Of a stretch of DNA of 64,000 bases, positions 1 through 9,836 are shown one piece after another. The stretch is taken from contig JAYQIC010000003.1 in assembly GCA_038141425.1 (NCBI GenBank), forward strand, positions 14,377-78,376. The letters are read 5' to 3'. This stretch comes from Rhodospirillaceae bacterium. Its GTDB lineage: Bacteria; Pseudomonadota; Alphaproteobacteria; UBA7985. The translations under genes were made by a program, and so were the position numbers. How positions within the stretch are numbered: position 1 is the stretch's first letter; each line of letters opens with the position of its first letter. The notes beneath the pieces were generated by a model. The model did not search any database and was not told the origin of the DNA. It saw only the letters and a program-made list of their open reading frames with translations.

Positions 1-107
1 ACCGGCCCGCATCCGGGCGCAGACCAGCCCGCCAAGCCTGCAGGCGGTTCGCTGACCCGTTCCCGCGCACCTGTCTCTTCGCAAAACAGCTCACCCCAGA
101 GGCTCCC

Positions 108-887
108 ATGACCCAGCCGATTTCCTGTGCTTTTTCGGTTTCCGGCGAGGGGCCGCCGCTGATCCTCGTCCACGGCATCGGGGCGTCGCGTGCGACATGG
201 GCGACGGCCCTGCCGCTGCTGGAGCCGCACTTCACCGTCATCGCCTACGACCTGCGCGGACACGGCGCCTCGCCGCAGCCCGAGGGACGCTTCGGGCTCG
301 ACGCGCTGGTCGCCGACCTCGAACACGTGCGGGAGCAAGCCGGCGTGGAAGCCGTGCATGTCGCTGGTCACTCGCTGGGCGGGATGATCGGGCCGGCCTT
401 CGCCCGCGCCTTCCCCGACCGGGTGCTGTCGCTGGGGCTGCTGTCGACCGCTGCCTTCCGCACGGAAAAGGATAGCGCCAACGTCAAAGCGGTGGTCGCA
501 GCGATGCGGGAGCGCGGGATTGCGGACGTGCTGAGTACGCTGGCCAACCGCTGGTTCACCGACGGCTTTATCGCCGAGCACCCGGATGTGGTGGAGGCCC
601 GCATGGCGCAGGTGATCGGCACCAATCCCGAGGTGTTCCTGAACGTCTTCGATATCTACGCTGAAACGGAGATGGCGCCGTGGCTGCACGAGATCACCGC
701 GCGGTCGCTGGTGCTGACCGGGGAGAACGATGGCGGCTGTCCCCCACGGCTGAACCAGCTGATCGCCGAAGCCATGCCCTTCGCCACGCTGCGGGTGCTG
801 CCATCGCTGAAGCACTCGATCCTGCTCGAAGGCGGGGCGCAGACCGGCGCCTGCCTGCGTGATTTTCTGCTGGGCTTAGGCGACTGA
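108..887 (+). CDS. alpha/beta-fold hydrolase (3-oxoadipate enol-lactonase-like)
   Basis: Intact 259-aa ORF. It has an HG oxyanion region (LILVHGIGAS) and a GHSLGG nucleophile elbow. Confidence 0.8.
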   Translation: MTQPISCAFSVSGEGPPLILVHGIGASRATWATALPLLEPHFTVIAYDLRGHGASPQPEGRFGLDALVADLEHVREQAGVEAVHVAGHSLGGMIGPAFARAFPDRVLSLGLLSTAAFRTEKDSANVKAVVAAMRERGIADVLSTLANRWFTDGFIAEHPDVVEARMAQVIGTNPEVFLNVFDIYAETEMAPWLHEITARSLVLTGENDGGCPPRLNQLIAEAMPFATLRVLPSLKHSILLEGGAQTGACLRDFLLGLGD

Positions 888-890
888 GCC

Positions 891-2060
891 TCAGATCAGC
901 AGGCCGTCAAGGCTCGCATCCTCAAAGCCGCTGAAGCGGTTGTCAGACAGCCCGAACCAACCCGCCAGCAACCGCTGATACACCGAGCGGTAGTCCAGCG
1001 TGAACTTCAGATCGCCGTCTTCGAGGTCTTCGAGGTCCGGGTGCCGCCCGAACAGCCCCCCGCGCACCCCACCACCGAGCAGGAGGTGAGGCGCGGCCGT
1101 GCCGTGGTCGGTACCGCGCGAGTAGTTCTCGGTCGCGCGACGCCCGAACTCGCTATAGGTCAGGATCAGCGTCTGGTCCCAGTGCCCGGATTGCTTCAGG
1201 GCGCTGCGCAGCCCTGCCAGCGACCGCCCCAGATCGCGCAGTAGGCGTTCGTGGTCGCCGCGCTGGTTCTCGTGGGTGTCAAAACCGCCGATTTTCATCT
1301 TCAGCACCGGTGCGTCGACGCCCGCGCTGATCAGTGTCGCCGCAAGGGCTGCCTGCCGCCCCAGATCGCCGCCGTCGATGTTGACGTGGCGGGCAAGCCC
1401 CTTCTGCTGAATCTTGGCGCTGATCTGGCCCATGGCGCCGTCGAGGGCGTTGCCCCGATCGAGCAGCATGGAAAGCGCCGGATTGGTGCTGTCGCTGACC
1501 GTCCCCCCCAGCCCGGCATTGGCCGCCGACAGCGTCTGCAGGTGGTGCAGGGACGTGAACGAGAGCCACAGACCGCTGGAGGATGCAAAGACCCCCATGC
1601 CGCCGTCGAGGCTGATGCCGTGGGCATCGAAGCCGCTGCCCATCGCTTCGACATCCTCGGTCAGCCAGCCGTTGCGACCAGCGCGGTTGCCATCGCCGCC
1701 GGTTTCCCACAGCGCGATTGACTTGAAGTGCGACCGGTTCTGTTCCGGGTATCCCAGCCCCTGAATGATCGCCATTTCGCCCGCCTGCCACGCCGGTCCA
1801 AGGCTGGACAGCGCGTCGTTGAGGCCGAGTTGGTCGTCGAGGGTGATCAGGTCGCTGCGGTCCAGCGACACGCTGGGCCGGATTGCCCGGTAGCGGTCGT
1901 TGGCCCAGGGCACAACCGTATTGAGCCCGTCGTTCGCGCCCGAAAGCTCGACCAGAATCAACCGGCGGCCAGAGCGAGCGGCGGCTTCGGCAAGCTGGAT
2001 CGGGGCCAGTGGCAGGCTCAGACCAGCGACCAGTGAACTCAGAACTTTGCGGCGATCCAT
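891..2060 (-). CDS. DUF1501 family protein (sulfatase-like fold), probable Tat-exported
   Basis: 389-aa ORF. The N-terminus MDRRKVLSSLVAGLSLPLAP is Tat/signal-like. It has a GGFDTHENQ motif and lies 15 bp downstream of its usual DUF1800 partner. Confidence 0.75.
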   Translation of the reverse strand: MDRRKVLSSLVAGLSLPLAPIQLAEAAARSGRRLILVELSGANDGLNTVVPWANDRYRAIRPSVSLDRSDLITLDDQLGLNDALSSLGPAWQAGEMAIIQGLGYPEQNRSHFKSIALWETGGDGNRAGRNGWLTEDVEAMGSGFDAHGISLDGGMGVFASSSGLWLSFTSLHHLQTLSAANAGLGGTVSDSTNPALSMLLDRGNALDGAMGQISAKIQQKGLARHVNIDGGDLGRQAALAATLISAGVDAPVLKMKIGGFDTHENQRGDHERLLRDLGRSLAGLRSALKQSGHWDQTLILTYSEFGRRATENYSRGTDHGTAAPHLLLGGGVRGGLFGRHPDLEDLEDGDLKFTLDYRSVYQRLLAGWFGLSDNRFSGFEDASLDGLLI

Positions 2061-2075
2061 GAAGCGCGTCTCCGA

Positions 2076-4600
2076 TTACTTGAGTTGATAGACCGGATCG
2101 GTGATCAGGTCGCTGAAACCAAACCCTGCGGACAGGGGGCGTGCCGGGCGACCGGCAAGCACCATCTCGATCATGGCGTTGTCGTCAAAGGCATGGGCGC
2201 CCGAAGCGTCACCCAGCCATTCCACCCGATCATCGGGCAGGCCCAGCAGCATAACCGCGCCCGCAGCCTCCTGCGACATCATACTCGACATCATCGACCC
2301 GGCGGGCAGGGGCATGGGTTCGATCAGGGGCACGGCGTTGCTCAGGCCCTTGGCATAGCGGGTCCGGGGCAGGGCGTCGGTGATCTTGTTGAGCACGGGG
2401 TCCCAGCTGGAGCCGACCCGCTCCTGCCCCCGGCGGCGCCAGTTGCGACCTTCCTTCATGGCGTCGAAGAAGGTCGGGATCGCCGACCATAGCCCGTGGA
2501 TCAGCATGCGGTGGTCGTCGTCGAGCTGCTGGTACTGGCCCCGCTGGTCGGGGTCACCGCCGGGCCAGAGCAGGTACTCGACCCGATTTTCACCGGTGTT
2601 GTATTCCTTGAACGTGGTTGACGGCCACTGCCCGAAGAAGCAGTCGGGACGGCAGTTACTTTCTCGGATATCGAGCAGGATTTCACGGCGCCCGTCACGG
2701 CGATGCTCGACCAGTTCCAGCCGCAGGGCGTCGTAGTGCAGGCTGTTCATGCGCACGTCCATCAGCGCGAACGCGAGGCTGTTCCAGCCGCGGGAACGGT
2801 CCAGCGCCCGGCCCCAGTCGAAGGCAACCCGCCCCACGGCCAGCTGGTTTGGCTCAATCGCATCGATCGTTTCGACCACGGGTTCGAGTGGTTGGGCGAC
2901 GCGCAGCTGCAGTTCGCCCGAGCAATAGAAGTTGCCCGGCGGGTCGTCATTGACGGAGCCCCGACAACCCGGTCGCTGCACACCATCGTTGGCGAGATAG
3001 AGCTGATCTTCAAACCGCAGCCAGTCGATGAACAGGTTACGGTCCCCCCGGAGCTGCCGCCCGGGCCGCAGCAGTGGTCGTTGTAGAACCCAACGCTAAA
3101 CCAGTCGGGCTGCTCCAGTTCAGCGGGGTATTCGAGCGTATCGACCTGCCAGTTGAGGTCGGCGAGGCTCTCGATCCGGCCCAGACGCGCCGTGTCGATC
3201 CCGCCCGCGGCGTCGAATACGTCTGAGCGCCAGATCGGGATATCCTTTCCATCGGCGCGGGTCTTGTAACCGCGGATGACCATGGTCGGCGGGCCTTCAA
3301 AGTCCTCAGCGCCATAGCGCAGGCTCAGTGCCCGGCCCTGCATCGGGCTCATCATGCCGCCCGCCGCCGCGACGGCTTCCGGTTCCTCGATTGCGGGCGC
3401 TGGACCGTCATAGAGGGCTGCAAGCTGTTCCAGCGCTTCGTTCCGGCTCAGCAGCCGGGCTGGGGTGATCCAGTCCGCCCCGCCGGGCCATCCGGCGACA
3501 TTGGGCGCCTCGAACAGGTGCTGGCCCAGACCCTCCAGCTGTCCACTCAGCGTCGGCCACCACTCGGGCAAGCGGCCACCGCTGCGCAGCGTACCGATCA
3601 TCAGATCCACGGGTGACTTCACGATGGTGCCGCGATAGCGCGGGTCCCAGAACGCTTCGGAAGACAGCATCAGGCGGACCAGCTCGCTGATCTCGTAGTC
3701 GGTCTCGCGCCAGGCCGAGGCCAGCGCTTCGATCTCTGCCCGATCCTGTTCGAAGTCGGAAATGTAGTATTGCCAGAAGGTCTCGACGATGAAGGTCGCG
3801 GCGGCGTCGTTATCGAGCAGGATATCGATGACGTCATCCGCATCGAAGCGTCCGACACGGCCAAGAATGGTCTTGGACCGATCGTCGTGGTTCCACGGCT
3901 CGAACTGGAATTCGAAGTCCCGCAATTGGTTGTAGGAGAAGCCCGTCAACGCGCGGGCAACCTCTCTGACGTCTTTCTCGGTGTAGTGGCCTTCGCCGAG
4001 CACGAACAGCTCAAGCAGTTCGCGGGCGAGGTTTTCGTTGGGCTGTTCTTCGCGGTTGTTGTTGTTGTCGAGGTAGTTGAGCATCGCCGCGTCGCGTACC
4101 ACAGCCCGCAGCAGGTCGCGGAAGTTTCCGTGCCCCTGCTCGCGCAGCATCATATGCTGGTTGTAGAGCGCGTGTACCTCTTCATTCAGGCTGCCGTAGG
4201 CGGATACAAAGTGGTTGGACCAAATCAGCAGCAGCCGTTCACCGGCCGGGGACGAGGTGGACAGCATCTCCCGGATCCACCAGCGGCGGAGCTCACCCAT
4301 TTCCTTGTCGCGCTCGACGCGGAAGGCCTGCCGGTCCTGTGCCTCGTAGTCATTCACCATCCAATAGTGGACGTGGGCCTCGCCCAGCGAGGCTGATCGG
4401 GGTTCGTTGAACGGGGCGGAGACATCCAGCTGGTCGACCATGGCGTCGATGGCCTGCGCCCGGGTCAGGCCGAGCAGGGCTTCGATTTCATCCGGGTGCG
4501 CGCCGATGCCGGCGCGCTCCAGCAGATGCCGGGCATCGCCGTAAGTCATGGTGGTGCGGAGGTTCTGTGCCGCAGCCAGCCCGGCTAGCCGCCAGGGCAA
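2076..4600 (-). CDS. DUF1800 family protein with an extra internal region; reading frame broken once as sequenced
   Basis: ORFs 2762..4600 and 2076..2981 join (...FYNDHCCGPGG / DRNLFIDWLRFEDQLYLANDG...) if the C6 run at 3044..3049 is one base longer. Motifs WSNHFVS and FEAPNVAGWPGG fit DUF1800. The start may be 4600 or 4549. Confidence 0.65.
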
Positions 4601-4934
4601 GCCCGAGGCATGCCACTTTCGCCGCTTGCCAGATCTCTCTCACGGTGACTGCACCCTCTTTGATTCGTGGTCTTGGTCTCATGGGTTCCCTGTTTAGCAT
4701 ATAACAGGCCAGTTTCGTCGATTTGATCCCAGTTCAAAATTTGGTGAAAATGTCCATGATTCGCGACTTTGATAATCATAACCGCTGATCAAATGGCCGA
4801 ATTACAGAAATAAAAGCCGAATACTCTGAAAGGAACAGAAACAAAGCGTTTCAGACAGTCACGGGACCCCCGACTAGGCTCTGCCCATCAGATCTCCCCG
4901 GACATCATCCGAAATATCTAGAAGGAAACCGACC

Positions 4935-5684
4935 ATGAAACTGCCACTTAGCTTGCTCGGCGCCGGCATTGCCCTCGCCGCACTTTCTACCACCGCTACC
5001 GCAGAAGACTGCGATCTTGCCAACCTCGACCTGCGGACTTTCCCGGCCTGGGAACGGGAGCACGGTTACTGGGTGGGCGAATACACCCTGATGGGTGCCG
5101 ATGGTAACGCCTTTGCCTCCCAGAACTGGAATTACCCCTACGATCACTACGCGGGGTTCATCGCGCTCGAAGTCGAGGGCAACGCCATCACCCAGCGCAA
5201 CGTCTTCCTCTACCCACCACAATCCGCTGAAGCCTGTGAAGCCAACCCCAGTGTCCTCGGTGCCGGTGAGTGTGGCGTCAACGGTAACGAGAAAATCTTC
5301 TCCGCTGCCCAGTCTGCGGTCGATTGTTCGGGCGGTCTGAGCGGTCCTTTCATGCAGTTTGGCATGCAGCTCGACACCGAAACCCGCCTGATCGGTGATG
5401 ACACCGTGCTGTATCAGGTCCGGATGAACGGCGCCCTGATGCAGAACCAGCTGACCTCGCTGCCGGGCAACGGCACCCGTATCCGTACGGCGCAGGGCCT
5501 GTACGCCGGGAACCCGAGCTACGCCAGCTTCTACCGGGAGCGGAAGGTATCGCGGGAAGAGTTCTTCGAGCTGCTCGACGCCAAGCGCGCCGAGTACAAC
5601 ATTCTCGAGTCCGATCACTGTGCCTACGACAACGGCAACCAGCCCAGCGAGATCAGCTGCGAGCAGCACTTCTCCATGGACTAA
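4935..5684 (+). CDS. hypothetical secreted Cys-rich protein
   Basis: 249-aa ORF with a clear signal peptide (MKLPLSLLGAGIALAALSTTATA) after an AT-rich intergenic region. I recognise no family. Confidence 0.6.
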   Translation: MKLPLSLLGAGIALAALSTTATAEDCDLANLDLRTFPAWEREHGYWVGEYTLMGADGNAFASQNWNYPYDHYAGFIALEVEGNAITQRNVFLYPPQSAEACEANPSVLGAGECGVNGNEKIFSAAQSAVDCSGGLSGPFMQFGMQLDTETRLIGDDTVLYQVRMNGALMQNQLTSLPGNGTRIRTAQGLYAGNPSYASFYRERKVSREEFFELLDAKRAEYNILESDHCAYDNGNQPSEISCEQHFSMD

Positions 5685-5750
5685 GCGTCTTCACGGGGCC
5701 TGATCGAGGCCCCGGATATGCCGCCTGTCGAAAGCCGGCGTCGACAAAAC

Positions 5751-6173
5751 CTAGTCGGCGCTGGTTTTTGCGTTCAGACGCACATTGATGTTTTCGCCCA
5801 TCGAGTTGGAAAACGGGCAGAGCTTGTGGGTGGTCGCGACAAGGCGGTCTGCCGTCTCCTGATCCATGCCGGGCAAGAAAGCGGTGATGTCGATATCGAA
5901 GCGCAGCCGCTTGTTGTCGTCCGAGTTGCCCAGACCTACGGCAACCTGGGTCCGCCAATCGTCGCCAAGTTCGATTTCTTTGAACTTCGCGGCTTCTTTC
6001 ATGGCGTTGTCGAAGCAGGCTGCGTAACCCAGCGAGAACAGCTCCTCAGGCGTCAGACCTTCCTTGCCCGCGCCGGGCAGGACCGTGTCGATGGAAAAGG
6101 TACCGCTATCGAGACTGGTGTTGCCAGAGCGACCGCCCCGGGCGGTGGCAGCGGTCTTGTAGTAGATGTTCAT
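5751..6173 (-). CDS. ohr: organic hydroperoxide resistance protein (Ohr/OsmC family)
   Basis: 140 aa. Both conserved Cys contexts are present (GYAACFDNA and HKLCPFSNS), as is the N-terminal TARGGRSG motif. Confidence 0.75.
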   Translation of the reverse strand: MNIYYKTAATARGGRSGNTSLDSGTFSIDTVLPGAGKEGLTPEELFSLGYAACFDNAMKEAAKFKEIELGDDWRTQVAVGLGNSDDNKRLRFDIDITAFLPGMDQETADRLVATTHKLCPFSNSMGENINVRLNAKTSAD

Positions 6174-6274
6174 GGGTTCACGCTTTTCGAATTGAATAAC
6201 CGTTTCGGGATGAGAGCTTGGACTTAGTCGCTTCGCGCGATCATCTCAACCGCATTCTTGCGAACAGGGGGTGA

Positions 6275-6964
6275 CTAACGAAGGCGCACGTTCAGTGTGC
6301 CGATGCCTTCGATGGCGCCGACCAGCGTATCGCCAGCGACCACTGGCCCGACCCCGGACGGGGTGCCGGTGAAGATCACGTCCCCGGGTTCGAGCCGATA
6401 GAGCGTCGAAAGATCGGCGATGATTTCAGCCAGCGACCAGACCTGGTCAGCGAGGTCGCCACTTTGCCGCAGCGCGCCGTTGACGTGCAGGGTGATGGCC
6501 CCCTGATCCGGGCGGGCGCCCTTGCCCGGGGGGCACAGGGCCGAGCACAGACCGCTGAACTCAAAATCCTTGCTGGTGTCCCAGCTGCGGCGCTTGTCCT
6601 TGCTGTCCTGCTGCAGGTCGCGCCGGGTCATATCCAGCCCGACGGCGTAGCCCAGCACGTGATCGAGCGCGTCCCCGACCGCGATCCCGCTGCCGCCCTT
6701 GTCCAGCGCGGCGACCAGTTCGATCTCGTGGTGATAATTGGTCGTGCGTGGCGGGACCGGAACATCGCTGCCGTTGGCGAACAGCACGTGGTACGCAGAC
6801 TTCAGGAAATAGAACGGCGCTTCGCGGTCGACTTCATTGCCCATTTCAGCTGCGTGGTCGGCGTAGTTGCGCCCGACGCAGAAGACGCGGCGGATGGGAA
6901 AGACCTGATCGCTGTCGAGGATCGGCAGGGTGGGCGGCGGCGGCGGTGCAAAGAGATAGCTCAT
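6275..6964 (-). CDS. fumarylacetoacetate hydrolase (FAH) family protein
   Basis: 229 aa. VFCVGRNYADHAAEMG and HEIELVAAL are typical FAH-domain segments. Confidence 0.8.
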   Translation of the reverse strand: MSYLFAPPPPPTLPILDSDQVFPIRRVFCVGRNYADHAAEMGNEVDREAPFYFLKSAYHVLFANGSDVPVPPRTTNYHHEIELVAALDKGGSGIAVGDALDHVLGYAVGLDMTRRDLQQDSKDKRRSWDTSKDFEFSGLCSALCPPGKGARPDQGAITLHVNGALRQSGDLADQVWSLAEIIADLSTLYRLEPGDVIFTGTPSGVGPVVAGDTLVGAIEGIGTLNVRLR

Positions 6965-7029
6965 GGCTCAGGGGTATCGCACACCGCCCCGGTTCTGTTC
7001 AACGCCTTCCGGGTCGGGACTGCTGGTCT

Positions 7030-7620
7030 TCAGGCGCGGCTGAAGGCGATGGCATCCTCGAGCCGATCGTCGCCCCAGAACAGCTCGTCGCCGACCACGA
7101 AAGACGGCGCGCCGAACACGCCCGCTGCCTTGGCTGCTTCGGTGTTGGCGCGGTAGGCCGCGTCGGCGTCGGGAGCCGCGGCCGCTGCGGAAACCGCGTC
7201 GTAGGACTTGCCCAGCTGCTCGCAGACCCGGCGGATGTTGTCATCGCTGCCGGCCTCAACCCCATCGAGGAACCAGGCGCGGTAGGTTGCTTCGAAATAG
7301 TCGAGGTACCAGCCTTCCTGCTCGGCGATGACGCCGACCTGATTGGCGCGGTCGAAAGTCCTGCAGCGGGTAGGGGCGGGCACGGTCGGCGCAGGCAGGC
7401 CATAGCCCCCGGCGCGGCGCTCGATATCGCGCCACATGTAGCGAACCTTGGCCTCCTTTTCCGGCGGGAAGGGAATGTTGTTCATCTCGCGCATGATCGC
7501 CCGCACGCTGAAGGGGCGGAAGCGCGGGTTGAGCCCCTCGCGCTCGATCACCCCGCGCAGGCGCAGGGCGGTGAGAAAGGTGTAGGTGCTGCCGATGGAC
7601 AGAAAGGCGGTGATTTGCAT
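7030..7620 (-). CDS. 2-hydroxychromene-2-carboxylate isomerase / DsbA-like family protein
   Basis: 196 aa. It has a DsbA-like fold without CxxC and the C-terminal GVFGAPSFVVGDELFWGDDRLE typical of the HCCA-isomerase family. Confidence 0.7.
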   Translation of the reverse strand: MQITAFLSIGSTYTFLTALRLRGVIEREGLNPRFRPFSVRAIMREMNNIPFPPEKEAKVRYMWRDIERRAGGYGLPAPTVPAPTRCRTFDRANQVGVIAEQEGWYLDYFEATYRAWFLDGVEAGSDDNIRRVCEQLGKSYDAVSAAAAAPDADAAYRANTEAAKAAGVFGAPSFVVGDELFWGDDRLEDAIAFSRA

Positions 7621-7823
7621 GGAACGGCTCCGGCTCGATCGCGTTGGTTTAATGAATATACACTAATTTGGTGCCCGCCGGGTGGCTTTGCACCGGTTCG
7701 AGAGGCCGCCAGCGCTTGCCGCTGTCCCCGCCGCCCCCTACAACGACCGGCACCGTTTTTCGTGCATTGTCTGCCGCGCCTGCCGGTGTGTTCGTTCACA
7801 CCCCTACCATCGGAGCCATAATC

Positions 7824-9028
7824 GTGACCGCAACCCCCGCTTCCGCCACGCCCGCGCCGCACCGCATCGACGGCATGCGCCCTGACGCACCGGCGCGCGC
7901 GCCCTTTGGCCCCTTTGCCGTCGGGCGGGAAACGCTGAGGCTGACCAACCCGGACGTGGTGAACGCCGTAGCGCTGGAGACCGGGGAAGGACCGTCGCGC
8001 TACGACCGCCCAATGACCCTGAGCCTGTTCTACCCCGCCCGCGGCCCGGTCGAGCCCAGCCCCGTGGACAGCCTGCTCCGTGATGGCACCACGCGCATTC
8101 AGCTCTGGGGGCAGTCGGCTGAGGGTGCGCCTGTCGCCGACGAGGGGCCGGGCTTCCCGCTGATCCTCATTTCCCATGGCTGGCCGGGAAACCGCTTCCT
8201 GCTGTCCCATCTGGCGGAGAACCTCGCGACCAAAGGCTACGTTGTTGCAGCGCTGGATCACACGGACTCGACCTATGAGGACCAGCGCGAGGCCTTCTGC
8301 ACCGTGGTTCATCGGCCGGTAGACCTGCACTTCGCCCTCGATATGCTGGCGGAGATGGCGGCGGAGGGCACCCACCTGGTGCTGAGCCGGACCACGACCG
8401 AGCGGGTTGGTGTCATCGGCTATTCCATGGGGGCTATGGCGTGCTGGCGGCGCAGGGCGGTTTGCTGTCTCCCGCCGCGCTGGAAAACGTGCCGGAGGCC
8501 TTTGCCGCGGCGCTCACGGACTACACCACGGCGGCCGAGAACCCCGACCCCGCGCTTGAGCCCGATCCCCGGATCGCCGCGATGATCTCGATCGCGCCGT
8601 GGGGGCGGCAGGTCGGCCTGTGGGAGGCTGCAGGGCTGGCCCGGATCACGACCCCGCTCATGGTGGTCGGCGGCAGTGAAGACGATGTCAGCGGCTACGA
8701 GACTGGCATCCGTCAGATCTGGAAGGACTGCAGCGGCACCGACCGCGCGCTGCTGACCTTCGACAACGCCCGGCACAACGCCGCCGCCCCGATCGCGCCG
8801 CCGCCGGAGTCCATGACCGAGCACCCCGAGCTCGGCTGGCTGCCCTACGAGCACTACGCCGACCCGGTCTGGGACAGCACCCGCATGCACAACATCATGC
8901 AGCATCACGCCACCGGCTTTTTTAATCACTACGTCCGGGGGAAGGCGGGTGCGCCGGATTTGGCCGCAGCCGCAAAAGAAGAGTCGATCCTCGGCACGCG
9001 CTTCGAGTTTCTCCCTGCCGGCCGCTGA
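7824..9028 (+). CDS. alpha/beta hydrolase (dienelactone hydrolase / PAF-acetylhydrolase-like); frame broken once
   Basis: ORFs 7668..8585 and 8441..9028 join as ...VGVIGYSMGGYGVLAAQGG... if the G5 run at 8428..8432 is G6. That restores a GYSMGG nucleophile elbow. A GTG start at 7824 follows GGAG. Confidence 0.6.
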
Positions 9029-9135
9029 TCAAGACCCCGTGTCTGCGGCGGCGGAGGCCTTGCCTCGTCGCGCGGCGTGACGGCATAAGCATGCCATGCT
9101 GATCCACCTGCACCCGTCCCGGACTCCTTCTTGCT

Positions 9136-9797
9136 GTGCCTGCTCTACCGGCCCTGATTATCGTCCTGATGGCGGTGCTCAGTGCGGGTCTGGGTGCGGA
9201 TCTGGCGCGGGCCCAGTCTACGACGGTGGACGCCCCTGATGAGAATGAGACTGCAGAAGTGGCGGCTGTGTTCGCGCTGCCCGATGGCTTCGTCGCCCGC
9301 AACCCCGATGGCGGGATCGTGGTCGAGGAGTTCCTCGACTACTATTGCACCTTCTGCAAGGTCTCGAGCCCCGAGGTCGACGCGCTGGCCGCTGCCGACC
9401 CCGATATCCGGCTGGTAATCCGGGAGCTGCCGATCCTGACCCCGCAGTCGCTACCGCTGGCGCAGATCGCGCTCGCTGCGTCCTATCAGGGGCTGTATCT
9501 GGAGGTGCACAAGGCGATGATGACCGCCCGCTCGGTGCCATCGCCGGAGGCGGCGCTGGCCATTGTTGCGTCGCTGGGTGGCGACCCTGAGCAGATCCTC
9601 GCCGACATGAACCGTCCTGAAATCGGTCTGCACATCCGCCGAAACCTCGAACGCGCGCTGGCAGTGGCATCCGGTCCACGCCCGGTTTCATCGTGCAGGG
9701 GCTGCCTTTTGCAGGCTATATCGGGCAGGAGCAGATGGCCGAGCTGTTCGAACTGCTCAAGCAGCCGGAGAACGCCAGCGCCGACACCGGAAACTGA
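9136..9797 (+). CDS. DsbA-like thiol:disulfide oxidoreductase (periplasmic); frame broken once
   Basis: Signal-like N-terminus and a CTFC active site. After ...LERALAV the frame shifts (about 9666) into GIRSTPGFIVQGLPFAGYIGQEQMAELFELLKQPENASADTGN, ending at TGA 9795..9797. Confidence 0.65.
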
Positions 9798-9836
9798 GCC
9801 ACTTTACCCGCTGCCCTCACGGTTTCTGCGGCGGGT

